In this document: positions 27,916-37,413 of the stretch, one piece after another
Numbering within the stretch: position 1 is the first letter of the stretch
Layout: the number at the start of each line of letters is the position of its first letter
Origin: a virus
DNA length: 64,000 nucleotides
Virus record (IMG/VR): IMGVR_UViG_3300028388_004772
Location: 64,001 to 128,000 of that record
Strand: one strand, 5' to 3'
Program-made: the position numbers and the translations under genes
Notes under the pieces: model-generated
Database searches by the model: none
Told to the model about the DNA's origin: nothing
What the model saw: the letters and a program-made list of their open reading frames with translations, nothing else

Positions 27916-28691
27916 ATCACGTCCTTCATCAGCTGATCAACGTTTTCTCCAGCATTGGGAAGCTTGTCCTTTAAGAAGAAGTGTACAAAATATGCTGAGG
28001 CTGGATCTTTGACTGCTGTGTATAAAGCATTCCATTTCCAGTTCAAATGTTGTTGTTTCATCTTCTCTTTACGTACCCAATAATTCAAAAGTGTTTGGTC
28101 TGTTGACCACTTCCAAGGTCCCTGTCCATCCACAAAGTCTTTGAACTCAGGTCTTGTGATAAAGTCCTTTGCCGGCTGGTTGATATACTTATAGATCGAT
28201 TTATTCATCACCATCAGACCCATGTTATAGAATTCAAATCCGTGCTTACCAGGATTGAAGTCAACTTTACCGTGAAGGGATTGGTATTGCATTCTTGAAT
28301 AGTTATCAATCTTTTGAGCATACCAAGGTTGGATTGGCATGTCACGCTCAATGACGCCAGCAAAGTCTACACTGGGATCAACGCTATCAAAAATATTAGG
28401 AGAACCAGGTCGAATCCAAATATCAGCGTCCACAATAGCAATTTGGTCGTATCGGTCAAAGTAATCGAACGCATTTTCTTTTTCGTAGATTGGTAGGAAC
28501 CCACCATGCTTTTCGTAGGACTCTTTAGATCGGTTGGTGGCAAATACATCTGGTTTGATCTTTAAGATCGGAGTACGTTGAACGATATGGTCGATCCCAT
28601 GACGCTCGCAGTACTCCGATACAGAATTAACACAACGGTCATATAATTTAGAAGGCTTACCAACGTAAACCTGGTATATCATTTGTTTCAT
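27912..28691 (-). CDS. GT-A glycosyltransferase (GT8/GT34-like)
   Basis: IVDADIW, YNMGLMV, TDQTLLN, WKWNAL, FVHFF. Confidence 0.75.
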   Translation of the reverse strand: MKQMIYQVYVGKPSKLYDRCVNSVSEYCERHGIDHIVQRTPILKIKPDVFATNRSKESYEKHGGFLPIYEKENAFDYFDRYDQIAIVDADIWIRPGSPNIFDSVDPSVDFAGVIERDMPIQPWYAQKIDNYSRMQYQSLHGKVDFNPGKHGFEFYNMGLMVMNKSIYKYINQPAKDFITRPEFKDFVDGQGPWKWSTDQTLLNYWVRKEKMKQQHLNWKWNALYTAVKDPASAYFVHFFLKDKLPNAGENVDQLMKDVM

Positions 28692-28701
28692 AATTACCTA
28701 A

Positions 28702-28866
28702 TTATCTATTTTTCCATTCAACGCATGTGTATGTATAGTTGCCGTCAAGCTCGCTTATCATAGCCTTACCAACTGATCTACACTGAGACCAATTAGTAAA
28801 GTGTCCTTGATCGTAAGCTACGACCTCACCTTTCGCGGTCAATAGCATTACGAGAAGTACCCACAT
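28702..28866 (-). CDS. Small secreted/membrane protein (54 aa)
   Basis: Manual translation MWVLLVMLLTAKGEVV...C...CVEWKNR; fills the gap. Confidence 0.55.
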   Translation of the reverse strand: MWVLLVMLLTAKGEVVAYDQGHFTNWSQCRSVGKAMISELDGNYTYTCVEWKNR

Positions 28867-29199
28867 TTATTTTTTCTTAGCTAACGCATCCGCTCCAAAG
28901 AATGCAGATACTAAAACTGCAATTGAAGCAAAGTAAGTTGGTGCAATATCAGCGATTAGCTGAGCTGCTGTATCTAAACCAAATGCGGAAGTCATAAAGA
29001 TTCCGATTGGGTAAAGTAAAAGTCCAAATAGTGCGAACCATGCCATTTTGCGAATAGCATCCCGCTGTGCATCTTGGTCTTCCATTTCTTTACGCTTGAA
29101 CTCAAGATACATCTCGTGTTCTTCATCAGTAACAATTCCATCACCATTACTATCGGCTGGATGAAAACCAGCCTTTTCAATTTCTTCTGCCATATCCAT
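28867..29199 (-). CDS. EF-hand-like loop plus two TM helices (holin-like membrane protein)
   Basis: DSNGDGIVTDEE loop, two hydrophobic helices, basic C-terminus. Confidence 0.55.
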   Translation of the reverse strand: MDMAEEIEKAGFHPADSNGDGIVTDEEHEMYLEFKRKEMEDQDAQRDAIRKMAWFALFGLLLYPIGIFMTSAFGLDTAAQLIADIAPTYFASIAVLVSAFFGADALAKKK

Positions 29200-29221
29200 C
29201 TCCTCTCATAGTGGATATAGT

Positions 29222-29229
29222 TATTTATA
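29222..29229 (-). promoter_or_regulatory. T4-type late promoter heading the glycosylation island
   Basis: Exact TATAAATA in the intergenic gap. Confidence 0.75.
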
Positions 29230-29230
29230 C

Positions 29231-30265
29231 TTATTCGTTAAACGTATATGTGAATACTCTGTTTCCAGTAGTAGCCCCAGCAACCGTACTATTATGAAAA
29301 TCAAAGGTGTTCACACCAGTTGTTCCAAATGGTGGATCGTATTCCAGATTCGGACTTGTTATGTTGTCCCCTCCGCCACCACCACTTGGTGTAACAGTTC
29401 CATTTATTACTGTGACGATAGGGTCTGCTGTATACGAGTGATATAGCCAAAGGAAATCAAGATACGCAACAGATGTATTCGAGAATGTGTATCTTTGATC
29501 ACCACTACTATTATAGGTTGTGGTACCAGGCATTTGTATCGAGCAGACAGTAGTTCCTGATGAATTTTTCATTAATATTGATCTAAAAGTAATGCTTGAT
29601 GGAAAGCTTGATTCGAGACCAGACAGGTCACTGTTTGGATTATCGGGCTCAAAACTTATTCTTACCTGAGATGCATATTGACCAAGTGCTAGGGTTGTTA
29701 CTCTAAATATATTAGTAACTGATGTGTGGTATACATCATCTCCTAAGGTAAATGTTTGTGTTGATGATGATGTTGTAGCTATTCCATCACTTGCTTGAAG
29801 TGCAAATGTTCGCGATTGTGCTGAAACACTTGCTGTTCTTGTAAATGAAAACGTGTCGCCCGATTGACCCGTCAATGTGAAGAGATCAGAAGAACCAGTT
29901 CCCAATATATAATCATATGATTGAATTCGAAGGCCATCAGGATCTGTAGCATTTACCACTGCCCTTAATGTATTAGCCGAACCAACCATTGGATGTGTAA
30001 ATTCTGTACCATCAGGAAATGTTACCGAAGAAATTGTTGGTGCAGTATTTGATGAGCTCAATCTAGCCCAACCATTACCAACTGAGACATACGGATTAGT
30101 AGTTGATGTAGTGTATGCAATTGTTCCAGCCGGCGATACAGGCAATAAACCTACACTATCGTACACATCAGTCGTTAGTGTTGCATCTGGTATGTTTTCA
30201 GCACCAAGAACTCCAGTACTATCTGCACCACCGAGGCCTCTTGCTAAATCTCTATTACGAGTCAT
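29231..30265 (-). CDS. Putative virion structural/fibre protein
   Basis: MTRNRDLA start, Ig-like NTAPTIS..ATDPDG, very rich in Ser/Thr. Confidence 0.65.
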   Translation of the reverse strand: MTRNRDLARGLGGADSTGVLGAENIPDATLTTDVYDSVGLLPVSPAGTIAYTTSTTNPYVSVGNGWARLSSSNTAPTISSVTFPDGTEFTHPMVGSANTLRAVVNATDPDGLRIQSYDYILGTGSSDLFTLTGQSGDTFSFTRTASVSAQSRTFALQASDGIATTSSSTQTFTLGDDVYHTSVTNIFRVTTLALGQYASQVRISFEPDNPNSDLSGLESSFPSSITFRSILMKNSSGTTVCSIQMPGTTTYNSSGDQRYTFSNTSVAYLDFLWLYHSYTADPIVTVINGTVTPSGGGGGDNITSPNLEYDPPFGTTGVNTFDFHNSTVAGATTGNRVFTYTFNE

Positions 30266-31629
30266 TAACGCTCTCTTAAAGTTGGTGTAAACGATGTTGT
30301 ATCTGACCAGTTGTCACCATACAATGGCTCTGTATATCTCACAGCAATTCCAGCAAATTTCATTGGTTCAAAAGGCGCAGCACCTGCATATGCATTATCC
30401 CCTCCGAATGTAAATCTTCTTGCATCCGCATTAAAGGTTCCCCTATTCAAGACAGCGGTATCTTCTTCATGAGTTCCGGATGCACCAATTTGTCCGAGAG
30501 AGGTAGTCATAAGTGTTCCATTGATAAAGTAATTAAATTCAATGCTATCAGCAGCACCATACATGTTAATTAAACAATGGTTCCAGGAATCATAATTAGG
30601 ATGATTCATATCCGGACCTCTATCGGCTCCACCACCACTACCATTACCATTGTATGAATAGCCATCACCATCACGTAAGAAAAACAGAGCGTCCGTCAGC
30701 CCGTCTCCATTACCAAACCACTTAGTTCTGATATTTTCCTGGCCATCGAATTTAAACCAAAACTCTAGAGACATTTGTTCATCATAATCATTACCAGACT
30801 GCATTCGTGCGGAGTCTGTCAAATATGCTGATCCGGATAATCTACCACCGATTGCAAATGCATTGTCTGTATTACCAGTATGCAGAACAGTTGTACCTGG
30901 GTAAGATGTGCCTCCACCAGTCAACTGAACAGTCTCTTTGGATACTGTATATGAACCAGCGTCATGAAGCCAAATATCCAAAGTATTAGACTCATCCGTA
31001 AATCCATTACTAATAGTAGCAGATTTAGTTCCAGCGGTTAACGCTGGCCCGTTCAATGCATACACATTGCGCATTGCAATCGGTCTTTGCTTTGACATTC
31101 TAATGGAGGGGGATCCAAATGTTGCAATATTGACACCATCTGAGACTCTGATAGTTAAATCCGTAACATTTACTTCAGCGGAATCATCCAATGTGACAGA
31201 AATACGGTTTCCGTCAATAGTATTTGATGTATATGAGTCAAATACCGAATTGGCTACAAGAGAATATGTCAAAGGTGTGCTATCAGCATCAGTAGCATTA
31301 ACAGTAATAATTGATGGGGATATGGCCGAGTCGAAAAAATAAATACTATCCTCAATATTCCAGCCATCTCCAAACGTCAATCCACTAATCGTAGGAGTAC
31401 TATTTACAGTACTCACCTTGAACCAACCCGAACCGTTTGTCATGTAAAGAGTATTGTTTGCTTCTGAGTATGCAATCTGGCCAGTTGTCAACCCTGTAAG
31501 AGGAAATGCACCCGCACTATCATATGATACTGGTGTACCAACTCCAGCATCTGGTGAAATAGCATTGGAGGTAAATTGACCATCAGGTGTGACTGATTTA
31601 GCTAGTTTGGATATCCGTCTGTTAGACAT
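30265..31629 (-). CDS. Putative virion protein with Ig-like and LamG/ConA-like domains
   Basis: NSTPTIS..ATDAD..LTYS; SLEFWFK...WNHC...YFING. Confidence 0.68.
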   Translation of the reverse strand: MSNRRISKLAKSVTPDGQFTSNAISPDAGVGTPVSYDSAGAFPLTGLTTGQIAYSEANNTLYMTNGSGWFKVSTVNSTPTISGLTFGDGWNIEDSIYFFDSAISPSIITVNATDADSTPLTYSLVANSVFDSYTSNTIDGNRISVTLDDSAEVNVTDLTIRVSDGVNIATFGSPSIRMSKQRPIAMRNVYALNGPALTAGTKSATISNGFTDESNTLDIWLHDAGSYTVSKETVQLTGGGTSYPGTTVLHTGNTDNAFAIGGRLSGSAYLTDSARMQSGNDYDEQMSLEFWFKFDGQENIRTKWFGNGDGLTDALFFLRDGDGYSYNGNGSGGGADRGPDMNHPNYDSWNHCLINMYGAADSIEFNYFINGTLMTTSLGQIGASGTHEEDTAVLNRGTFNADARRFTFGGDNAYAGAAPFEPMKFAGIAVRYTEPLYGDNWSDTTSFTPTLRER

Positions 31630-31656
31630 AGCAACTCTCTAGTGAAGTGATATTAT

Positions 31657-32157
31657 CTATTTATACACTTCTTCAAGTCTTGCGAATAAATATTCTTCCA
31701 AGTCATCTTCATTTGCTTGATAGCGAATACCAATACCACCTGCATCATTCCAACGCTTGATGTTATCTGGCTTATCGTCAATCAGAATGTTCGGAAGACC
31801 CGTAATACTTGAAGTTGCATACTTGTGTTTGTTGCCAGTAAAAATGCATTTTGAAACAGCAGGCATGTATCCATTCTTTTCTAACCAGCAACGCTTGTGG
31901 TAAGTTGAGTTTGCAAAATCATTACGGATCGGTGATGAACAAATACCCCAGTCTCCGTTAGACAACTCTCGTACAAAATTGATCAATTGATCAGACGTTT
32001 CAAACTTGTCAAGATTCTGAAAGAAGTCTGTATTGCGAAGATCAAAGATTCGCTCATCAACATCAAAAATATCTTTCCAATGAAACACCTTGAACTTTCG
32101 CTCAAGACCACCAAAGAAGTCAGCAATGACTCCATCCATATCAACATATATTGTCAT
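31657..32157 (-). CDS. 5'(3')-deoxyribonucleotidase (HAD)
   Basis: IYVDMDGVIADF...ILIDDKPDNI. Confidence 0.85.
   Translation of the reverse strand: MTIYVDMDGVIADFFGGLERKFKVFHWKDIFDVDERIFDLRNTDFFQNLDKFETSDQLINFVRELSNGDWGICSSPIRNDFANSTYHKRCWLEKNGYMPAVSKCIFTGNKHKYATSSITGLPNILIDDKPDNIKRWNDAGGIGIRYQANEDDLEEYLFARLEEVYK
31658..31665 (-). promoter_or_regulatory. T4-type late promoter
   Basis: Exact TATAAATA overlapping the nucleotidase stop, upstream of the structural genes. Confidence 0.7.
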
Positions 32158-32543
32158 TATTCCTCTCTTATCCATACTGAGTCGGTAGCAAGTCTAAAAC
32201 TACCGAGAAATTCAAAATTGTAACCTGATCCCCATTCATCGGGACCTATCATACTAACCCAGTTTTCTCCATCATGATTTTTGTACAGATGGTAGACTTC
32301 TCCAACCTTTGGGTTGAACCGTATCGCTGCATTGTAGATCAGATCATTGTCTGCTGCTGTTTCTACAAGCTTCTTAAATTCTGCCTCGAGCTCTTCGTAT
32401 CGAGTCTTGAGTTTATTTTGTGCTTCCTTGACCTTGACTTCGCGATAGTCTTTAGTATCAGGAAGTGTGATCGCTGGAGCAGCAACATTATCGCCATAAG
32501 GCATTGTCATTTTATTGTCTGCTACTCGATCTGGCTTTCTCAA
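32157..32543 (-). CDS. DUF2452-like protein
   Basis: PYGDNVAAPAI, FNPKVGEVYHLY, SMIGPDEW. Confidence 0.7.
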   Translation of the reverse strand: MRKPDRVADNKMTMPYGDNVAAPAITLPDTKDYREVKVKEAQNKLKTRYEELEAEFKKLVETAADNDLIYNAAIRFNPKVGEVYHLYKNHDGENWVSMIGPDEWGSGYNFEFLGSFRLATDSVWIREE

Positions 32544-32806
32544 AATATATACCTCAACAATGCTGTAAACAACATGAACCCAACAACTGTATTCAAAATA
32601 ATTAGAGCTCTATCCTTCCAAGCTAGGGCAACATAAAGCCAACCGGCAGTACCTACCCACGAAAATACAACGTCATATATTTTAGGAATTTCTTCAACTG
32701 ATCTACATGCCACTGAGACTAAGACAAAGAAGGTTGATATCCACTTAACATAGTAGACCCAACCAGTTGTTTTAATCAGTGTGATTTCTTCATTAAGCTG
32801 CTTCAT
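32540..32806 (-). CDS. Small membrane protein
   Basis: YVKWIST...GWLYVALAWKDRALIILN, about three TM helices. Confidence 0.7.
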   Translation of the reverse strand: MKQLNEEITLIKTTGWVYYVKWISTFFVLVSVACRSVEEIPKIYDVVFSWVGTAGWLYVALAWKDRALIILNTVVGFMLFTALLRYIF

Positions 32807-32984
32807 ATTTTTTCAACTCAACCATGTGTGACATATAGGGAATCATTATTGCCATGGTCCGTGTTGCAACTTCGTATTGCTGCAAACATGTTTCCATTTC
32901 AAACACTTGCTTTTCTTCGAAGACACCTTTTGCAACACCTTCAGCCAAGAGTTTTTCAAAATCTTTTTTAATGCTCATAATCAT
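32793..32984 (-). CDS. Hypothetical protein
   Basis: Coupled ORF with GGAGG RBS. Confidence 0.55.
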   Translation of the reverse strand: MIMSIKKDFEKLLAEGVAKGVFEEKQVFEMETCLQQYEVATRTMAIMIPYMSHMVELKKYEAA

Positions 32985-33130
32985 TCTCCTCCCTTTGCTT
33001 TGTCAAGCTCGATGTAAAGGTATTCTATCTCTGCATTAAGAAAATCATAAGAGCAAGAACCAAAATCACACTCAGCAATGTCATTTTCTAACTCTTCAAT
33101 TTCTTTTTTAAGTTCTTCGATTGTTTTCAT
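32981..33130 (-). CDS. Hypothetical early protein (49 aa)
   Basis: Manual translation MKTIEELKKEIEELENDIAECDFGSC...; behind an early promoter. Confidence 0.6.
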   Translation of the reverse strand: MKTIEELKKEIEELENDIAECDFGSCSYDFLNAEIEYLYIELDKAKGGE

Positions 33131-33134
33131 AATA

Positions 33135-33196
33135 TTCTCTCCTCATTTGATGTAGCCATTATATCAAATAAATTCAAGAAAGGGAACAGTTTTTTG
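33135..33196 (-). promoter_or_regulatory. Repeated early promoter and leader, copy 3
   Basis: TATAAT-GGCTACATCAAATGAGGAGAGA. Confidence 0.75.
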
Positions 33197-33218
33197 AATA
33201 AAAAAATAATGTTAGATA

Positions 33219-33506
33219 TCAATCATCTACAGAGATATCGGAGAATTGTCTTCCGGCAATATCATCAAGTTGGAGTCTAAACTCTTTGATCTTTTTTTGT
33301 CGGTCCTTACCAGGCCATTTGATGTAATCCAATTCAGGGTTCTTTTCAAGGTTGGTGAGGAGAGGGAGAATCATTTCGTATATTTCACTCACTTGCTTAT
33401 CGAGAAACTCAATATGGGCATCTTTCTTCTCGTTAATATTTTTTACTGATTCCAGATCGTTTTCATCAACAAGAGTGAAACCAAAGTCAAAGTCTAGGTC
33501 GGCCAA
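33219..33506 (-). CDS. Hypothetical protein (T4-like)
   Basis: DFDFGFT...ILPLLTNLEKNPELDYIKWP. Confidence 0.7.
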   Translation of the reverse strand: MADLDFDFGFTLVDENDLESVKNINEKKDAHIEFLDKQVSEIYEMILPLLTNLEKNPELDYIKWPGKDRQKKIKEFRLQLDDIAGRQFSDISVDD

Positions 33507-34165
33507 AATTGTCTCCTTTTATATTCTTTAATTGTATCATGTAACATTTCAGTCCAATTGTCTCTATGTTCTTTAAACACAAGAGGTTCGTGACCATCAA
33601 CATCCATAACGACGACGAGGTTTGTGATAGCCTTGCCCGTACGTTCTTCAAACATAATTGCATAGGCTGCCATCTGACAGAAGTAGTTTGTGATTTTCTC
33701 TTTCTGCTTGGGGTATTTGCTTGTCTTCCAGTCAACGATTGACGTTACACCATCGAACTCAGCAATACAATCACAGCGCCCAGCCAAACCCAAGTACTGA
33801 CTATATAAAGGAACTTCAATCCCAAAGATACGTCCAATCCTGGAGTCGAGTATCGGCTCAACATTGGCGAGACTTTGTCTGATATGCGGTAGATATTCTG
33901 AAGTATCTTTTCCATTCAAATAATCCTCAATAATCGAATGTACTAAAGTACCTCTTTGAGAGGCACGACCACTTACCCGATTGGCTTCTTCTTCACCCAC
34001 ACGTTGACGCCAGGCCTGGATTGCTTCTTCGGTTAATATGCTTAGGACAGTAGTCACACTTGGGAAACTACCTTCCGGAGTCTTATATAGTCGTCCAGAG
34101 TCGGAAGTTTCGGCCTCTAGATCAATATATCCAAGATCAATTGGATCATGCTCAAATGTTCTCAT
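33494..34165 (-). CDS. PD-(D/E)xK exonuclease
   Basis: PSVTTVL, RGTLVH, AGRCD, IVDWKTS, YFCQMAAY. Confidence 0.9.
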   Translation of the reverse strand: MRTFEHDPIDLGYIDLEAETSDSGRLYKTPEGSFPSVTTVLSILTEEAIQAWRQRVGEEEANRVSGRASQRGTLVHSIIEDYLNGKDTSEYLPHIRQSLANVEPILDSRIGRIFGIEVPLYSQYLGLAGRCDCIAEFDGVTSIVDWKTSKYPKQKEKITNYFCQMAAYAIMFEERTGKAITNLVVVMDVDGHEPLVFKEHRDNWTEMLHDTIKEYKRRQFWPT

Positions 34166-34395
34166 ACTTTAATAGTGTTGCCGCGGCCACTTCCTTTCTT
34201 AATATTTTTCAAATGATCTTGCCAATCACTACCAGCCCTTGTCAACGGACTTTTTGTATCAGAGATTGGATTCAATGGTTGTAGTTGAATCTTCAAATGA
34301 GGATTATCTTCCTTGAATTGATCAAGTTCAGATATCTTCATAATGTGTTCTTCAATCTGATCAGTAGCTGTATCTTTAAAAACATATGTTGGCAT
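34162..34395 (-). CDS. FmdB-like small regulatory protein
   Basis: MPTYVFKD...EEHIMKISELDQFKEDNP. Confidence 0.7.
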   Translation of the reverse strand: MPTYVFKDTATDQIEEHIMKISELDQFKEDNPHLKIQLQPLNPISDTKSPLTRAGSDWQDHLKNIKKGSGRGNTIKV

Positions 34396-34601
34396 TATGA
34401 CCGTGCCCATAACATTTGTTCTTCCAATGCATGGCGAGCTGCGTGAATATAATCTCTATCCTCATCACTCAGAGCTGACCAAAATTTACTGACAGATGAA
34501 ATGTGATCAGCAACTTCTTCTTGTTGTTGAAGGTGCTTTTGACTCTCCATCATCTCTTGTAACTGATCCATACGCTCATTAATTTTATCTTGTACTGACA
34601 T
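34395..34601 (-). CDS. Hypothetical protein
   Basis: Coupled ORF. Confidence 0.65.
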   Translation of the reverse strand: MSVQDKINERMDQLQEMMESQKHLQQQEEVADHISSVSKFWSALSDEDRDYIHAARHALEEQMLWARS

Positions 34602-34603
34602 AT

Positions 34604-35020
34604 TTACTCCGGGAGCAATCCAGGGAAAGCTTCGTTAACAATTGGTTTGGTTAATCCCTTTGGGGTCTTCTTGTTAATCATATCGATGACTAGTTTGGCA
34701 TCATCTGGATGAATTGATTCCAGCATTCCTATAAAAATATTTTCTCTTTTATATGCTGGTAAATCTTTTCCTTTACCACCCTTAACAAAGTAGGCAAACT
34801 TAACATTTTCCTTCATAAGATTTGTAGGAACTGATTCAATAGGACATGCTGTATAAGGTGGCTCACCTTCTGGGAGCAACCAAACAACCCTTGGGTCCAT
34901 TGATCCACGGATAATGTCCTTAAGTGCCCAAGACTCGTTATTCTTTAGGATCTCAATTTTATCCTTTTTGGATTTCTTTTTGGCGACTTCTTCAAGCACC
35001 TCAAATATAAACTTACGCAT
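34604..35020 (-). CDS. Conserved T4-like hypothetical protein next to rnh
   Basis: WLLPEGEPPY, KRENIFIGMLESIHPDDA, EAFPGLL. Confidence 0.75.
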   Translation of the reverse strand: MRKFIFEVLEEVAKKKSKKDKIEILKNNESWALKDIIRGSMDPRVVWLLPEGEPPYTACPIESVPTNLMKENVKFAYFVKGGKGKDLPAYKRENIFIGMLESIHPDDAKLVIDMINKKTPKGLTKPIVNEAFPGLLPE

Positions 35021-35868
35021 TAAATAAACTCCTCAATGCATTCAATTAATAATTTACACTTTTTATTTATTAAGTAGGGAAGGACCTTGCCTTTGTTTCC
35101 CCATGGGTCTTGAGCCTGATATGACTCGAGTATTTTCTCTTTCAAGGTCTGTGGAGTTTTTGACAGATCGATTAACATTTCATTTCGTTGCCAGTTTCGA
35201 TACCAAGGTGGTAATTCAGAACTGGGCGAGTCAAAGTAGTTAAGAACCTCTGTAACTTTCTTCTTAGAAGCAGGGGTCTGTCGCAACCCTTCAATAAACA
35301 CATTGTCGTCAGAAAAGATATTAGGAACCCCATCACCTGTGTCTCCTTTAATAATTTTCTCCGCAAGATGCAGTCTCGGATGATCCTCTGTAACAAATTT
35401 CTTCAGGATAGGAGAGAACTGTTTGACATTGTCGTATCGTTGCAACTGTTTGAAGTCACCATCAGCTGATACAATCATCACAGGTTCATAGTTACCAAAC
35501 TCTTGGGTATTGGCAACAATCGTACCGATAATATCATCGGCCTCGCATCCATCAATTTGAATTACTTTGTACGGAAAGTTTTCTTTGATCTCTTCCCGTA
35601 CCGTATTGAGAATGCGAAAAGCCTCGTTCCAATCAAAGTCTGAATCTTCGCGCGTCTTTCGACGAGAAGCTTTGTATTGAGGAAAGGCATCTCGTCTCCA
35701 GTTACCTGGACCATCTGCAGCGAGAATAACTTCACCATACTCTTTATGAAACTTTACCCTATACATACGTATAGTATTAAGGATCATGTGTCTAATCAAT
35801 TCTTCATTCAATGTTTTTTCGATAATAATAGAACCCATTGCAATTCCATTATAATCCATAATAATCAT
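35020..35868 (-). CDS. rnh: RNase H (T4 FEN-1-like 5' nuclease)
   Basis: LIRHMILNTIR, WRRDAFPQYKASR, EADDIIG, SADGDFKQL, KGDTGDGVPN. Confidence 0.95.
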   Translation of the reverse strand: MIIMDYNGIAMGSIIIEKTLNEELIRHMILNTIRMYRVKFHKEYGEVILAADGPGNWRRDAFPQYKASRRKTREDSDFDWNEAFRILNTVREEIKENFPYKVIQIDGCEADDIIGTIVANTQEFGNYEPVMIVSADGDFKQLQRYDNVKQFSPILKKFVTEDHPRLHLAEKIIKGDTGDGVPNIFSDDNVFIEGLRQTPASKKKVTEVLNYFDSPSSELPPWYRNWQRNEMLIDLSKTPQTLKEKILESYQAQDPWGNKGKVLPYLINKKCKLLIECIEEFI

Positions 35869-35898
35869 ATATCATTCCTTCCCCGAAATGTCTCGGGT

Positions 35899-35927
35899 AT
35901 TATACAGGATAATTTTTATTTAGACAA
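35899..35927 (-). promoter_or_regulatory. Sigma70-type promoter for rnh
   Basis: TTGTCT-N17-TATAAT with extended -10 TG. Confidence 0.6.
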
Positions 35928-36317
35928 GTGCTTTGAGTGAATTTTACAACCAATAAATTCATTGTAGTATTCATCTGAGAGTAGAACATCATGTTCAAAT
36001 TGAAGTTTGGCTTCATAGTAAGAGCATTCGCCCTTGGTCCTACAAAGCTTTAGGATTTCTCGTTTGTAGTTGTCATGTCCTTTGGATTCAACGAGTCTTT
36101 GAACTTCAATACTCGAACCGAAGTAATCACGCCAATCAGACTCAACACGAGTCTTTATTCTACGTTTACGAGATTTGGTGATGGGTAAGGTTTTAGGCCG
36201 CCAGAAGAATTTTTTACCAATATATTTTTTACCAGTGTCTAATTCAGTAATGCAATAGACAAACCCCTGATATTCATCAGGGGTGTCCATAAACGGTTTA
36301 TCTTCGTATATCCACAT
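35916..36317 (-). CDS. GIY-YIG-like nuclease
   Basis: GFVYCIT..TGKKYIGKK...WRDYFGS..REIL; likely true start MWIYE. Confidence 0.8.
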   Translation of the reverse strand: MWIYEDKPFMDTPDEYQGFVYCITELDTGKKYIGKKFFWRPKTLPITKSRKRRIKTRVESDWRDYFGSSIEVQRLVESKGHDNYKREILKLCRTKGECSYYEAKLQFEHDVLLSDEYYNEFIGCKIHSKHLSK

Positions 36318-36321
36318 GCAT

Positions 36322-36462
36322 TTATATATCATCCCCTTCGGATACGTCCTCTGGTTCCGCACGTCTCCCACAACACGGACAAAACTCGACCAGAACATAC
36401 TCCTCAACGACAAGATGTGTTTCCATATCACATTCTTCACACATAATCCTCAATTGCTTCAT
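36322..36462 (-). CDS. Small zinc-ribbon protein (46 aa)
   Basis: Manual translation MKQLRIMCEECD...FCPCCG; ATGA-coupled to nrdB. Confidence 0.65.
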   Translation of the reverse strand: MKQLRIMCEECDMETHLVVEEYVLVEFCPCCGRRAEPEDVSEGDDI

Positions 36463-37412
36463 GCGGCTTCCCACCCCCAGTCGCCTTCCATGCCGACTAC
36501 GGAGTATTCAGTTACACGCTTCTCAAAGAAGTTATCATGAGAAGCTCCATTCAATACCCAATCCAACCAAGGGAGGGGATTGTCTTTTTGCTTGAACTTT
36601 GGTTTCATACCAAGTTGAAGCAAACGGCGATCTGCGATATGACGAATGTAGAGCTTGACTTCCTCTTTAGTCAAACCTTGAATGTCATGTCCGTTAAACG
36701 CCAGATCAATAAATTTATCTTCTAACTTAACAGCATTCTTTGCCATCTCGTAGATTTTAGACTTGAGCTCATCATTGACGATACGTGGATGCTCATTACA
36801 GAATTCACGGAATAACTTTGAGTTACCTTGTACGTGTAGTGTCTCATCACGGATTGACCATTCAACAATAGTACCCATACCTTTCATCTTACCAAAGCGC
36901 TGGAAGTTTAGCAACATAACGAACGATGCGAAGACAGCAAGACCTTCATTAAATACTGATTGTGCAAGTGCTAGGGCAACACCTGTATGAGATTGAATAT
37001 TACCTTGCTTCATGAAGTCCACTTTATCAGCCATCTCGGTATACTCTAAGAAAGCATGGAAGTCTTCATCTGGCAATCCAAGTGTATCATTCAACAAAGC
37101 ATATGCTCTTTGGTGTACACCTTCACGATTTGCAAACGATGAAAGCATGTTACGTACTTCGTTGTTCTTGAATCGTGGAATCAATAACTCGTGATAGTTC
37201 TCACCAACCTGTACGTCAGATTGGGTGAAAAGGCGAAGAACCTGAGTCACAAATTCTTTTTCAGAATCTGTTAGTTTGGTTCTCCAATCCTGAACGTCTT
37301 CTGACAATTCAGCTTCGTCTTCTACCCAATGGATCTCTTCATGCTTCTTTGTAAGTTCAACTGCCCACGGATACTGAAATGGTTTGTAAGTCTTTGAAAA
37401 CTCTGTTAGCAT
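36459..37412 (-). CDS. nrdB: Ribonucleotide reductase class I beta subunit
   Basis: YKPFQYPW, FTQSDVQV, REGVHQRAY, EGLAVFASF, RDETLH, NFFEKRVTEY. Confidence 0.95.
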   Translation of the reverse strand: MLTEFSKTYKPFQYPWAVELTKKHEEIHWVEDEAELSEDVQDWRTKLTDSEKEFVTQVLRLFTQSDVQVGENYHELLIPRFKNNEVRNMLSSFANREGVHQRAYALLNDTLGLPDEDFHAFLEYTEMADKVDFMKQGNIQSHTGVALALAQSVFNEGLAVFASFVMLLNFQRFGKMKGMGTIVEWSIRDETLHVQGNSKLFREFCNEHPRIVNDELKSKIYEMAKNAVKLEDKFIDLAFNGHDIQGLTKEEVKLYIRHIADRRLLQLGMKPKFKQKDNPLPWLDWVLNGASHDNFFEKRVTEYSVVGMEGDWGWEAA

Positions 37413-37413
37413 A

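Noticed and set aside
33494-34165. Cas4-like nuclease suggesting CRISPR
   Set aside because: It is the ordinary T4-like exonuclease; no repeat-spacer array or other cas genes were seen.
35916-36317. Mobile homing endonuclease or intron near nrdB
   Set aside because: A short stand-alone GIY-YIG domain with no DNA-binding tail; nrdA, nrdB and thyX appear uninterrupted.
36318-36440. N-terminal extension of the ORF-track GIY-YIG protein
   Set aside because: The region is better explained by a separate 46-aa zinc-ribbon gene in another frame.
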